Notes: generated from the sequence alone by a model not told the origin. Counted from the stretch's first letter, positions 8,833-19,155 are shown. The stretch: 64,000 nt of DNA from an uncultured Chitinophagaceae bacterium (GCA_964537475.1 CAZIBY010000008.1:4200-68199); one strand, 5' to 3'. Numbers and translations are program-made.

Positions 8833-10197
8833 ATGAAGGTTTACAACAACATCCTGGAAACGATAGGCCACACCCCTTTGGTCCGGCTCAATAAAATAGG
8901 CAAGGGCATCAAGGCAGATCTCCTGCTGAAGGTAGAATACTTTAATCCCGGCAACTCCATCAAGGACCGCATAGGCTACCAGATGGTGATAGATGCAGAG
9001 AAAGAAGGAAAGCTGAAACCCGGTGGTACCATCATAGAGTGTACCTCGGGCAATACCGGCATGGGGCTCGCACTGGCAGCGGCGGTCAAAGGCTACAAGT
9101 GCATCTTTAGTACGACGGACAAGCAGAGCAAGGAAAAAGTGGACATACTCCGTGCGCTCGGTGCTGAGGTGATAGTCTGCCCTACCAATGTGGCCCATGA
9201 TGATCCGCGCAACTACCACCAGGTGGGCGAAAGGCTGGCTAAGGAAATACCTAATTCATTTTTTGCCAATCAATATGAGAATCTGTCTAACCGCAAGGCG
9301 CACTATCTCACTACAGGCCCTGAGATATGGGACCAGACAGATGGCAAAGTGACCCACTATGTGACCACTATCGGCACCGGGGGTACGGTGACAGGTACCT
9401 CTATGTACCTGAAGGAAATGAATCCGGACATTCAGACCATAGGCGTGGATGCCTATGGCTCTATCCTGAAAAAGTATAAAGAGACCGGTGAAAAGGATAT
9501 GAAGGAGGCCTATCCGTACCTGATAGAGGGCATAGGCCAGGACATCATACCCGGCAACTTTGACTTTAATGTCATAGATGCCGTAGAGCAGGTATCGGAT
9601 AAAGATGCCGCTATCATGTGCCGCAGGCTGGCTACAGAAGAAGGCATTTTTGCCGGCTACTCGGCGGGCGCAGCTGTGCAGGGTGTACTGCAGCGCGCAG
9701 ACCAGTTCAAAGAAGGAGATGTGGTGGTGATCATCCTGCATGATCACGGTAGCCGCTATGTAGGCAAGATATATAATGACGACTGGATGCGCGACCGCGG
9801 ATTTCTGGTAGATGATGTGGTGACAGCCAAGACCATCATAGAGCGCAAAAAGGGCTACCAGCAGCTCGTGTCTGTATCTCCGCAGCAAACGGTGGCGGAG
9901 GCATTCAAAGTGATGAAGGCAAAGGGCATCACGCAGCTACCTGTGATGGAGGATAATAAACTGGTAGGCAGCATGTCTGAGAACCTGATCCTGCAACTGC
10001 TGATGGATGACCACCAGTCTCGCGAGCGCGAGGTGGGCCAGGTCATGGGCGGCAAGTTTCCGGCAGTGGCCTATCACGCATCCGTATCAGACATATCCCG
10101 CCAGATATCCAAGGATAATACAGCAGTGATGGTGCAGCTCCCTACCAGTGACTGGACCATCATCACTGAGTTTGACCTGATCGAGGCGCTGGCCTGA
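8833..10197 (+). CDS. cystathionine beta-synthase-like PLP enzyme with a C-terminal CBS domain pair
   Basis: The CysK/CBS fold motif NPGNSIKDRIG carries the PLP lysine, and GNTG is present. The C-terminal ~120 aa resembles a tandem CBS pair (ITQLPVMEDNKLVG...). Confidence 0.85.
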   Translation: MKVYNNILETIGHTPLVRLNKIGKGIKADLLLKVEYFNPGNSIKDRIGYQMVIDAEKEGKLKPGGTIIECTSGNTGMGLALAAAVKGYKCIFSTTDKQSKEKVDILRALGAEVIVCPTNVAHDDPRNYHQVGERLAKEIPNSFFANQYENLSNRKAHYLTTGPEIWDQTDGKVTHYVTTIGTGGTVTGTSMYLKEMNPDIQTIGVDAYGSILKKYKETGEKDMKEAYPYLIEGIGQDIIPGNFDFNVIDAVEQVSDKDAAIMCRRLATEEGIFAGYSAGAAVQGVLQRADQFKEGDVVVIILHDHGSRYVGKIYNDDWMRDRGFLVDDVVTAKTIIERKKGYQQLVSVSPQQTVAEAFKVMKAKGITQLPVMEDNKLVGSMSENLILQLLMDDHQSREREVGQVMGGKFPAVAYHASVSDISRQISKDNTAVMVQLPTSDWTIITEFDLIEALA

Positions 10198-10203
10198 TCG
10201 ATA

Positions 10204-10617
10204 TTACAGTTGATAGGCATTGCAAATGCCATTCTGTGCCACAGCAGTGCCGGTATAGGTGTAGCCCTGAGGGTATGCCTGCGAAGGACCGGCTACTACA
10301 CTGTAGGTATAGGAACCTTCCTCCAGGGAGAAATTGGCAGATACAGCGTTGCCACAGCCAGGGGTACCTCCGGTCACATAGCCGGTGATCGTACCAGTCT
10401 GTCCTCCGATCGTGATCTGTACATTACCTTCATTTCTGTCGGTCCAGAACATGACATCTCCGTAGCGCACATAACGGCAAGACCCATTATCTACATTGGC
10501 ATTAGGTGCATAATTGGAAGCATATGGATCGGTGCAGCCATATATGTCTTTGCGGCATCCGGAACCGGCTACTGCTAGTAGCAGCATACTAGTGACGATG
10601 ATGAGGGGCTTTTTCAT
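10204..10617 (-). CDS. lipoprotein, hypothetical
   Basis: The internal Met gives MKKPLIIVTSMLLLAVAGSGC, a lipobox. It contains a CTDPYASNYAPNANVDNGSCRY-type Cys motif. Confidence 0.5.
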   Translation of the reverse strand: MKKPLIIVTSMLLLAVAGSGCRKDIYGCTDPYASNYAPNANVDNGSCRYVRYGDVMFWTDRNEGNVQITIGGQTGTITGYVTGGTPGCGNAVSANFSLEEGSYTYSVVAGPSQAYPQGYTYTGTAVAQNGICNAYQL

Positions 10618-10688
10618 GTGTGAGCGGTTGAAATGTTTGGTAGCATATATCAGAATTTGTGCCAATTTTAGCCGACACAAATCCATAA

Positions 10689-11495
10689 GTGAGCAGATTC
10701 ATAGATCAGATGGGGCAGCCGGTAGAGATACCGCCATTTGCCAGACGCATCATATCGCTGGTGCCCTCTCAGACTGAGTTGCTTTTTGATCTCGGCCTGG
10801 GCGATAGGATAGTAGGGGTGACCCGTTTTTGTATCCATCCCGAAGGATCGGTAGAAGCCAAAGAACGCATAGGCGGCACCAAAGATTTTGACCTTGAGAA
10901 AATAGAAGCACTGGCCCCGGACCTGATCCTGGGCAATAAAGAGGAAAACTATCCTGAGGGGATCGCTGCGCTGCGCGAGAAGTTTCCGGTGTGGATGAGT
11001 GATATCTATAGCCTTCATGATGCCTATCAGATGATGCTGGCTATCGGGCAGATGACAGCTACTGAGCTCACTGCTCGCGACCTGGTAGCCGAGATACAAA
11101 ATGAATTTGCTGCGCTGATGCGTCATAGGGCCCTGCCGCAGGGGCTGACTGCTGCCTACCTGATCTGGCGCAAACCATACATGGTAGCAGCCGATAATAC
11201 CTTTATAGACCACATGCTCGGCGCACTAGGTGTACAGAATGTATTTGCAGGGCTGAGCAGGTATCCTGCTGTCACAGCCGCACAGCTGTCAGAGGCACGG
11301 CCTGACCTCGTCTTTTTATCTTCTGAGCCTTACAGCTTTTCAGAGAGGCATATGGCAGAGTTTCAGCAGCTATGCCCGGCTGCCAGGATCATGATAGTAG
11401 ACGGAGAGATGTTCTCCTGGTATGGCTCCCGCCTGAGGCAGGCGGCAGAGTACCTGTCCCTGCTACGTGATAGCATACTGGACGCACGGACCTGA
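10689..11495 (+). CDS. BtuF-like periplasmic-binding-fold protein (cobalamin/siderophore-binding family)
   Basis: RIISLVPSQTELLFDLGLGDRIVGVT is the typical class III binding-protein N-terminus. GTG start. No obvious signal peptide. Confidence 0.65.
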   Translation: MSRFIDQMGQPVEIPPFARRIISLVPSQTELLFDLGLGDRIVGVTRFCIHPEGSVEAKERIGGTKDFDLEKIEALAPDLILGNKEENYPEGIAALREKFPVWMSDIYSLHDAYQMMLAIGQMTATELTARDLVAEIQNEFAALMRHRALPQGLTAAYLIWRKPYMVAADNTFIDHMLGALGVQNVFAGLSRYPAVTAAQLSEARPDLVFLSSEPYSFSERHMAEFQQLCPAARIMIVDGEMFSWYGSRLRQAAEYLSLLRDSILDART

Positions 11496-11668
11496 CACCG
11501 GGCGAACCAAAACCACTACTCATTGTTATCTTATCATTAGCAGTGCGATCAGCGCTGCGCTGTCATTTTCTTTCACCGTTATTTAAACTGCATTAGATTG
11601 AATATCACGGAATGATATCGCTACATATCATCAGGTTGGTTTACTTTCGCAGTCCGAAGTACCACCCT

Positions 11669-14056
11669 ATGCTGAGATTTTTACATTGCTTTTTCCTGAT
11701 TCTCCTGAGCCTTGCTGCTTTCTCTACACTGCAGGCACAGTCAGTGCCCAAGTATACGATATCCGGGTATATCAAAGATACCGCCAATGGTGAAGGACTG
11801 CTAGGCGCTACCATAGCCGTGGTGGAGCTGACCAAAGGTACCAATACCAATGACTACGGATTCTACTCTCTCGACCTGCCGGCAGGCCACTATACGCTCA
11901 AGGTATCCTATGTGGGCTATGAGACCCAGACCATACCACTGGATCTGACCGGCACTGTCAAAATGAACTTTGACCTGCACACCGCTGCTATGGCTACTAA
12001 AGAAATAGTGGTCACCGCAGAAAAGAAAGATGCCAATGTGACCAGTACATCTGTAGGCCGGCAGGAACTGACCATTGAAACGGTCAAATCGATACCTGCC
12101 TTTATGGGTGAGGTAGACGTGCTGAAGACGATACAACTGCTGCCGGGTGTGATGGCGGCAGGAGAGGGCAATACAGGCTTCTATGTGCGCGGTGGCGGTC
12201 CTGACCAGAATCTCGTGCTGCTGGATGAAGCTGTGGTCTATAATACAGGCCACCTGTTCGGCTTCTTCTCGGTATTCAACTCTGATGCCGTGCGGTCAGT
12301 AGCGATAGAGAAAGGAGCTATGCCGGCTCAATATGGCGGGCGCCTCTCATCTGTGGTAGATGTGAAGATGAGCGAGGGCAATATGAAGCACTGGGAGGTA
12401 GCGGGTGGCATAGGCCTGATAGCCTCAAGGCTCACAGTCCAGGGCCCACTGAAGAAGGATAAATGCTCCATCATCCTCTCCGGCAGGCGCACCTATATTG
12501 ACCTGCTCACCAAGCCATTCCTGGCTACGTATCAAGGCGGCAAATACAAAAAAGATGGCTACTACTTTTATGATCTGAATGCCAAGCTGAACTATATCAT
12601 CTCTGACAAAGACCGGCTGTTTGTCAGTGCGTATTTTGGGCGTGATGTTTTTGACTTCAAGGCTCCGGAGGGTGACTTTAATATTCATTTCCCGTGGGGC
12701 AATAGCACTGTGACCGGCCGGTGGAATCACATCTTTGGCGATAAGCTCTTCATGAATGCCATGTTCATCTACAATGACTATCGCTTTGATATCAAGTCAG
12801 ACTATCGCGGGGTAGTGTTTGGGGTGAGTAGTGATACGCGCGACCTCGGCGCTAAACTGGCCTTTGACTATTCGCCGCTGGTAGGGCATATGGTGAAGTT
12901 TGGCGTAGACTATACCAATCACATGCTCACGCCATACCAGACGCAGGGGGTCTTTGACTCTGTCAGCATACAAAATACCAATACCTCATCCAAGTATGGC
13001 CATGAGCTGGCGGCCTATGTGGCAGACGACTTTGAGGTCAATAAATGGCTCAAAATAAATCTGGGCCTGCGCGCCTCTCTTTTCTGCCTGGCGGGGCCGT
13101 ACAAGAAGAGTATTTTTGACTCGACCGGGGCCAAGGTAGACAGCCTGAACTATGCAGTAGACCAGCCGGTCAAGACCTACTACGGCCTGGAGCCGCGTGC
13201 CAGTGCTCGGTTTAAGGTAGCGAAAGCCACCTCCATCAAGGCAGGCTTCTCCCTGACCAAGCAGTACATACATCTAGTCTCAAACTCTACTACTACGTTG
13301 CCATTTGACCTCTGGGTGCCTAGCACGCTAAAGGTAAAACCTCAGATGGCGCTTCAGTACTCGCTGGGTGTCTTTCAGAACTTTCACGACAACATGTTTG
13401 AAGCTTCGATAGAGGGATACTACAAGCAGCTTTTTAATCAGATAGAGTATGGAGATAACAATGTGCCCGGCATAGATCAGGATGTAGAAGACTTCTTTGT
13501 TTTCGGCAAGGGGAGGAGCTACGGTGCTGAGTTCTTTCTCAAGAAGGCGAGAGGCAAATTTCAGGGATGGATAGGCTATACGTTGGCATGGACACAGCGC
13601 AAATTTCCCAGCATCAATAATGGTCAGTGGTTTGCAGCCAAGTATGATCGCCGCCATGACCTGAATATAGTACTGATGTACGAGATCAATCAGCGCTGGA
13701 AGCTGGGCGCTACATTCGTCTATGCCTCAGGCAATACGACCACACTACCAGTACAGTTATTCTATCAGGAGGGGACTATCCATGAGATATATGGCCCCAG
13801 AAACTTCTATCGCCTGCCGGCCTATCACCGTCTGGATCTCAGTGTGACCTATACCTTCAAGCATAAGCGCTTCCCTAAGCTCCACTCAGATCTCAATCTC
13901 TCCATCTACAATGCATACAGCCGTCAAAACCCATATTTCGTCTATGTAGATGTGCAGGGAAATCCGTATACCGGCAGTATCAAAACGTCTCTGAAGCAGG
14001 TGTCATTATTTCCGATACTGCCATCTATTACCTGGAACTTTAAATTTGGAGGATAA
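11669..14056 (+). CDS. TonB-dependent receptor with an N-terminal carboxypeptidase-regulatory-like domain
   Basis: Signal peptide from the Met at 11669. ISGYIKDTANGEGLLGATIAV is CarboxypepD_reg-like. A plug region is present, and the C-terminal beta-barrel ends in ...WNFKF. Confidence 0.85.
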   Translation: MLRFLHCFFLILLSLAAFSTLQAQSVPKYTISGYIKDTANGEGLLGATIAVVELTKGTNTNDYGFYSLDLPAGHYTLKVSYVGYETQTIPLDLTGTVKMNFDLHTAAMATKEIVVTAEKKDANVTSTSVGRQELTIETVKSIPAFMGEVDVLKTIQLLPGVMAAGEGNTGFYVRGGGPDQNLVLLDEAVVYNTGHLFGFFSVFNSDAVRSVAIEKGAMPAQYGGRLSSVVDVKMSEGNMKHWEVAGGIGLIASRLTVQGPLKKDKCSIILSGRRTYIDLLTKPFLATYQGGKYKKDGYYFYDLNAKLNYIISDKDRLFVSAYFGRDVFDFKAPEGDFNIHFPWGNSTVTGRWNHIFGDKLFMNAMFIYNDYRFDIKSDYRGVVFGVSSDTRDLGAKLAFDYSPLVGHMVKFGVDYTNHMLTPYQTQGVFDSVSIQNTNTSSKYGHELAAYVADDFEVNKWLKINLGLRASLFCLAGPYKKSIFDSTGAKVDSLNYAVDQPVKTYYGLEPRASARFKVAKATSIKAGFSLTKQYIHLVSNSTTTLPFDLWVPSTLKVKPQMALQYSLGVFQNFHDNMFEASIEGYYKQLFNQIEYGDNNVPGIDQDVEDFFVFGKGRSYGAEFFLKKARGKFQGWIGYTLAWTQRKFPSINNGQWFAAKYDRRHDLNIVLMYEINQRWKLGATFVYASGNTTTLPVQLFYQEGTIHEIYGPRNFYRLPAYHRLDLSVTYTFKHKRFPKLHSDLNLSIYNAYSRQNPYFVYVDVQGNPYTGSIKTSLKQVSLFPILPSITWNFKFGG

Positions 14057-14058
14057 GT

Positions 14059-15087
14059 ATGAGAAAGCAGTTTTTTAGCCACATAGTCTTATCCGTGTCA
14101 TCAGTGTGCAAAATATATCTGGTCATAGCGGCACTTGTCACCGGCGCAGTGGTGTCATCCTGCACCAAGGACATAACCGGCGACCTGCCGGATCTGGGTA
14201 CCAGCACGGTAGTAGACGGCAATATAGAAAACGGTAAGCCCCCGGTGGTTTTGCTCACGCGCAGCACACGTGTCTTTGGTGATCTCAATATCAATGATCT
14301 TGGCGCCTTCTTCCTGCATGGTGCGGTGATGTACATGACCATAGACAATGATAGTACGAGGATACCGCTGGATGAGATATGCCTGCGTGACCTCACGGCT
14401 GTGCCAGACTCTATGAAGTGGACCTTACTATATTCTCTCGGGGTGACAGTGTATGACTCGTCATCCGTGCCCGATGTATGCGTATATACCCTGCCACTCA
14501 GTGAGCTGGCCGCCTACTACAATACCGGCAGCTGCCCGCACTGTGGCGCAGAGCAGCACACCTATCATCTGAATATACAGGTGGGCGGCAAGACGCTTAC
14601 CGCCTATACTACTATCCCTCAGGCACTGGGCATAGACGGCCTCAGTATACGCGATGCACCTAATAATGACAGCCTGGTCAATGTCATGGCTACCATCACC
14701 GTGCCGCCGAGCAACGGGCACTTTATCCGCTACTGGACCCAAAGGAACGATGAACCATTCTACACGCCTTACTCCGGCTCTGTATATGATGACAAGCTAT
14801 GGCTGGGGCAAACGCTGACCCTACCACTGGAGAGGGGCATACCCGGCTACATTACCAATCCCGACCCGGTCACCTATGGCTATTTCTGGAAAGGAGATAC
14901 TGTCACTGTAAAGTGGGCTAACATAGATAGCCGCACATTTGATTTCTACAATACGCTGGAGAATGATGGCGGCGGTAGCCCGTTCTCTGCTCCGCTCAGG
15001 GTCAAATCAAATATAACCGGCGACAGTGCCGTAGGTGCCTGGGCCGGCTATGCCACTAAATACTATACCATTATAGTGCCGAAATAG
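14059..15087 (+). CDS. DUF4249-like lipoprotein
   Basis: A Cys-containing N-terminus (VVSSCTKD). Its position immediately after a CarboxypepD_reg-type TonB receptor is the usual partner arrangement in Bacteroidota. Confidence 0.55.
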   Translation: MRKQFFSHIVLSVSSVCKIYLVIAALVTGAVVSSCTKDITGDLPDLGTSTVVDGNIENGKPPVVLLTRSTRVFGDLNINDLGAFFLHGAVMYMTIDNDSTRIPLDEICLRDLTAVPDSMKWTLLYSLGVTVYDSSSVPDVCVYTLPLSELAAYYNTGSCPHCGAEQHTYHLNIQVGGKTLTAYTTIPQALGIDGLSIRDAPNNDSLVNVMATITVPPSNGHFIRYWTQRNDEPFYTPYSGSVYDDKLWLGQTLTLPLERGIPGYITNPDPVTYGYFWKGDTVTVKWANIDSRTFDFYNTLENDGGGSPFSAPLRVKSNITGDSAVGAWAGYATKYYTIIVPK

Positions 15088-15230
15088 CAAAGAGCACTTA
15101 GGTGCATTTCAATGGCTTTTGAGGAATTGTCATATTTTTTTGACGCAGTTGTGACAATCTTTACATTTTTTTTGTATTATCTTTAGAATACAATCGAACG
15201 GCCTATTGTATCACTCTAACACTCTCCCTT

Positions 15231-15737
15231 ATGAAAAAAACGTACACTACAGGTATTATTCTATCGATCGGTCTTTTGCTATTTCAGTATGGCAAAATAA
15301 CCGGATCCGGCGTCGGATCGTGTACGCGCCATGCAGGATATGGAGCACTCAATAATAATCCGAGCAACTGTGCCGGTACCTGCCATGGGGGGGGAGGAGT
15401 AGTGACTGACTCTACCAGTACTCTCGATACCACCGGTATCCATCATGGCAATGATACTACCAGCTATACCACGGGGTTAGCTGATATTGCCTTCCGTCAG
15501 GGTGTGAGTGTATATCCTACTGTGACCACAGGCAGCCTCTGCGTAGCTACTACCGCTGAGAGCAGGGAGCTGATCTATGGGGTCTACACGCTGGATGGGA
15601 GGGTCGTAGCATCTGGCATGCTACCGGACTATGCCTCTGTTACTTATCTCGATGTGAGGGCTCTGGCACCTGCTCAGTATATCATACGAGTAGCCAATGC
15701 GGAGCATAGCACCTCCTATCATATCATCAAGCAGTAA
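15231..15737 (+). CDS. small secreted protein with a T9SS C-terminal sorting domain
   Basis: Signal peptide plus a C-terminal ~80 aa (VYPTVTTGSL...YTLDGRVV...YIIRV) typical of the Por secretion tail. Confidence 0.6.
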   Translation: MKKTYTTGIILSIGLLLFQYGKITGSGVGSCTRHAGYGALNNNPSNCAGTCHGGGGVVTDSTSTLDTTGIHHGNDTTSYTTGLADIAFRQGVSVYPTVTTGSLCVATTAESRELIYGVYTLDGRVVASGMLPDYASVTYLDVRALAPAQYIIRVANAEHSTSYHIIKQ

Positions 15738-15748
15738 TTTTTTAGGTA

Positions 15749-16684
15749 CTACGCAGCCATGTCGTCCTCATGCTGCTTTACATTGATCTCACCTACCCAG
15801 TCCAGGTCAGCCTCTGCCGGTGGCAGCACTATTGGATTTCCCAGGTAGTCCACCCTTTTGCCGGGATAGATATGCGCCTCTATCAGGTAGCTGAGCAGTG
15901 ACACGCGATCCAGATTGGGATGCAGGTTGGGCCTCATGTGCTTTGCATGATATTCTGGCAGCAGGCTCCAGTGCAGGTTCGGTTTATTGTGATGAGCGCC
16001 GTGGTAGCCATTGTTAAACAAAAACCAGTTCAAAACAGGGCTGCTGAAATTGCGGCTGTGGTTGTAAGGATGTTTGTCGTCCGCGCCGTCATGCTGAAAG
16101 TAGTTGGTCCCCACTATACCCCATGCAGCATACTGATGGGGGAGCAGCCAGAAGAGCAGCATGCACTTCCAGTTTATCGCCAGCAGAATGATATTGACCG
16201 CTATGACCAGGCCCAGCTCCAGCGCATACTGCCAGAACCACCGCGGCCGTTCATAGTACATCTTGCGCCCAAAGGCAAACTCGCCTTTCAGGATATCGCC
16301 GCTCATGAGGTAGAAGAAAAAAAGCTGGTTGAAGATATTGATCCGAAAGCGCGCCTTGGTAGTGCGGATGGCATCCTCACGCTCCTGAGTATACTTGTGG
16401 TGGCTGAAATTGTGCCCCGGTACGTATGCGCTCACAGAGTGGCCATAGCTGAAGGACAGCACAAACTGGAAAAGCCTGTTGAGTGTCCTGCTGTAAAAGA
16501 TAGGTGCATGGATCGTATTATGCACTATCACAGCGCAAAAGAAACTCAGGAGACAGTTGATCACTACCCAGGCCGCCACCTCCCACGATGACATATATGG
16601 CCAGCGAAACCATGGCGCTATGGCCACGGCATAGTAAAGTGCTACGACGATCAGGGTGCGCCTGTCTGCTTTGTACCTGAGCAT
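15749..16684 (-). CDS. fatty acid desaturase family protein
   Basis: Histidine boxes HNTIH, HNFSHH and HGAHHNKP, with multiple TM segments. Confidence 0.85.
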   Translation of the reverse strand: MLRYKADRRTLIVVALYYAVAIAPWFRWPYMSSWEVAAWVVINCLLSFFCAVIVHNTIHAPIFYSRTLNRLFQFVLSFSYGHSVSAYVPGHNFSHHKYTQEREDAIRTTKARFRINIFNQLFFFYLMSGDILKGEFAFGRKMYYERPRWFWQYALELGLVIAVNIILLAINWKCMLLFWLLPHQYAAWGIVGTNYFQHDGADDKHPYNHSRNFSSPVLNWFLFNNGYHGAHHNKPNLHWSLLPEYHAKHMRPNLHPNLDRVSLLSYLIEAHIYPGKRVDYLGNPIVLPPAEADLDWVGEINVKQHEDDMAA

Positions 16685-16850
16685 AAATGAGATGCGGCAA
16701 AACTAAGAAATCTGTCCCAACCTACAGCAGCCGCTGCTTTTGCCGGCAGGCAAATACCTTGCATTCACCGTCATGATACTAAAAATGCCCAGCATGGGGT
16801 CGTAGCAGCGTGGTATGAACCTTGCGGCACCATTGCCTAAAGATACTACC

Positions 16851-17165
16851 ATGAAATACATCAGGATCTATACGCTTTTCCTCGCGCTCACCGTATTTGC
16901 CGCTTGCTACACCCTGACTGCGCAGGATACGGCAGAGGCCAATGGTTTTACCAGTACTACCTCGGTGGCCGACAAAAAAGCGGATACAGGTATGACAGCT
17001 GTAGGGACTGCACTGATCAGTATCGGTGTGATAGTGCTGGGAGTGGGTATTTTCTACATGGTCAAAAACCGCAGGAGCAACATTGGAGGGATGCAGGATC
17101 AGAATAAATCAGAACCATCTCCCCGTACTACGCAGTCCATAGATAATCCCGGCTCAGGAGTCTGA
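16851..17165 (+). CDS. small single-pass membrane protein (paralog A)
   Basis: Signal peptide, one TM helix (ALISIGVIVLGVGIFYMV), a basic stop-transfer segment, and a tail ending in DNPGSGV. Confidence 0.45.
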   Translation: MKYIRIYTLFLALTVFAACYTLTAQDTAEANGFTSTTSVADKKADTGMTAVGTALISIGVIVLGVGIFYMVKNRRSNIGGMQDQNKSEPSPRTTQSIDNPGSGV

Positions 17166-17194
17166 AACATTTTTCTCACTATAAACAACGCAAT

Positions 17195-17449
17195 ATGAAG
17201 AAGGTAGAAACAGTCATCCTCTCATTCATCGCGATGATGGTGGCCAGTATACAGGCGCTTTACGCCCAGGCAGATAACGCTAATATGTCAACTCAGCCAG
17301 TCGGTACCGCCAGCGGTTACTTCTGGATTATTGCTGTAGCTGTCATAGCTATCGGACTGATAGCCGCTGCGATATACAGGACACGCCATCGCAAGGACAA
17401 GACAGGCAGCCTAACCGGCGATATCAATAATCCCGCCTCCGGTATTTGA
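17195..17449 (+). CDS. small single-pass membrane protein (paralog B)
   Basis: Same architecture as 16851..17165. The tail ends in NNPASGI. Confidence 0.45.
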   Translation: MKKVETVILSFIAMMVASIQALYAQADNANMSTQPVGTASGYFWIIAVAVIAIGLIAAAIYRTRHRKDKTGSLTGDINNPASGI

Positions 17450-17455
17450 TCTCAT

Positions 17456-17923
17456 TTAGTGTAGAGGTTGTTTTGATCTGTAAAGCGGCCCATTATTGGG
17501 CCATATGTGCCAGTATTTGTCATTTGCCTCTGTCACTATGAAGCCGAGCCTTTCATACAAAGCCTTGGCGCGCTCGTTGCTCTTAAGGGTTTTGAGTATG
17601 AGGGCTTTCCCGCGATAGCGGGAGATAAAATCGGAGACGATCCATGAGCCAATCCCAACACCCTGATGAGCATCTGTGAGATACAGTGGCCCTAGCTCTA
17701 CAGACTGCTCACTCTCTATCCAGCCCAGCACACCGCATGGTGCCTCATCCTTATAAATGATGTGGATATTGCGCGTATCAAAATCATGGTCGGCAAAGCG
17801 GTCCTGCAGTGCCTCATCCCATCCGAAAACCGCCTCTATCACCCGGCGGTAGCTGCCGTGATGTACCCGGCGGAAAAACTCGCGGTCTGCTTCTGTTGCC
17901 TTTCGCCAGCTGATATTCGTCAC
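17456..17923 (-). CDS. GNAT family N-acetyltransferase
   Basis: Acetyl-CoA binding motif HQGVGIGSWIV, 155 aa. Confidence 0.8.
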   Translation of the reverse strand: MTNISWRKATEADREFFRRVHHGSYRRVIEAVFGWDEALQDRFADHDFDTRNIHIIYKDEAPCGVLGWIESEQSVELGPLYLTDAHQGVGIGSWIVSDFISRYRGKALILKTLKSNERAKALYERLGFIVTEANDKYWHIWPNNGPLYRSKQPLH

Positions 17924-17997
17924 AGGATGTTGGTGGGATTTTTATTTAACTTTACTGAACAAAAGAACAGATCGCACGGCGATCACAATACGAATAT

Positions 17998-19155
17998 ATG
18001 CCACATTTCATCAGCAGAGGACAGGTGCCGCACAAAAGGCATACACAGTTTAAAAAGCCGAATGGGGGACTCTATTCAGAGCAGCTCGTGAGCACAGAGG
18101 GCTTCTCCAATCTATATTCGCTCATCTATCATACCTACCCGCCTACAGCAGTGACCAAGGTAGATTTTCCGGTCAATGTAGCGCCAAAGATCGCAGCAGA
18201 AAAAAACCTGCAAAACCGCTGCTACAAAGGGTTTAAAGTGCGCCCCGAGGAGGACTATCTCAAGTCGCGCCGGTATGTGCTTGTCAATAAGGATGTCTAC
18301 ATAGCCTTGGCAGCGCCGCAGCACTCCATGCAAAACTACTTTTATAAAAACTCCGGTGCAGATGAGGTGATCTTTGTGCATGAAGGTACGGGCAGGATGA
18401 AGAGTATTTTTGGAGAACTGAAGTTTGGCTACGGCGACTATATCGTGATACCGCGCGGTACGATCTACCAGATGGAGTTTGATACGCCGGACAACAGGCT
18501 TTTTATCGTAGAGTCATTCTCTCCTGTCACCTACCCCAAGCGCTACCGCAATGACTTTGGCCAGCTACTGGAGCACTCGCCTTTTTGCGAGCGTGATATC
18601 CGCACACCTGAGAACCTCGAGACGCACGATGAGAAAGGAGACTTTGTAGTGCATATCAAAAAGGAAGATATGCTCTATCCCTATCACTATGCCCATCACC
18701 CGTTTGATGCCATAGGGTGGGACGGCTGCCACTATCCTTTCATTTTCTCTATCCATGACTTTGAGCCCATCACAGGCCGCGTGCACCAGCCACCTCCGGT
18801 ACACCAGACCTTTGAGGCGCGCAACTTTGTGATCTGTAGCTTCGTGCCGCGCCTGTATGACTACCATCCCGAGGCTATACCGGCGCCATACTTTCATAGC
18901 AATGTAGATAGCGATGAGGTACTGTACTATGTAGACGGCGACTTTATGAGCCGCAAGCATGTAGAGCGGGGCATGATCACCCTGCATCCTATAGGTATCC
19001 CTCACGGGCCGCATCCCGGTGCCGTAGAGAAGAGTATCGGCAAAAAGGAGACAGGAGAACTGGCTGTGATGGTAGATACCTTTCACCCGTTGCTGATCTG
19101 CAAGGATGCCCTGGAGATAGAGGATCCTACCTACTACATGAGCTGGGTAGATTAG
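17998..19155 (+). CDS. hmgA: homogentisate 1,2-dioxygenase
   Basis: N-terminus MPHFISRGQVPHKRHTQF, a cupin core, ~385 aa; resembles the Bacteroidota-type HmgA. Confidence 0.85.
   Translation: MPHFISRGQVPHKRHTQFKKPNGGLYSEQLVSTEGFSNLYSLIYHTYPPTAVTKVDFPVNVAPKIAAEKNLQNRCYKGFKVRPEEDYLKSRRYVLVNKDVYIALAAPQHSMQNYFYKNSGADEVIFVHEGTGRMKSIFGELKFGYGDYIVIPRGTIYQMEFDTPDNRLFIVESFSPVTYPKRYRNDFGQLLEHSPFCERDIRTPENLETHDEKGDFVVHIKKEDMLYPYHYAHHPFDAIGWDGCHYPFIFSIHDFEPITGRVHQPPPVHQTFEARNFVICSFVPRLYDYHPEAIPAPYFHSNVDSDEVLYYVDGDFMSRKHVERGMITLHPIGIPHGPHPGAVEKSIGKKETGELAVMVDTFHPLLICKDALEIEDPTYYMSWVD

Noticed and set aside
10618-11668. An expected cobalamin riboswitch near the BtuF-like and TonB receptor genes.
   Set aside because: I could not find a B12 box (GCCACTG-like core) or a suitable multi-stem leader in either intergenic region. 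The cobalamin link therefore stays unsupported.
15330-15400. The CAGTCH motif in the small T9SS protein as a c-type heme attachment site.
   Set aside because: The motif is CxxxCH, not the canonical CxxCH. There is only one copy and no cytochrome maturation context, which is too weak for a heme call.
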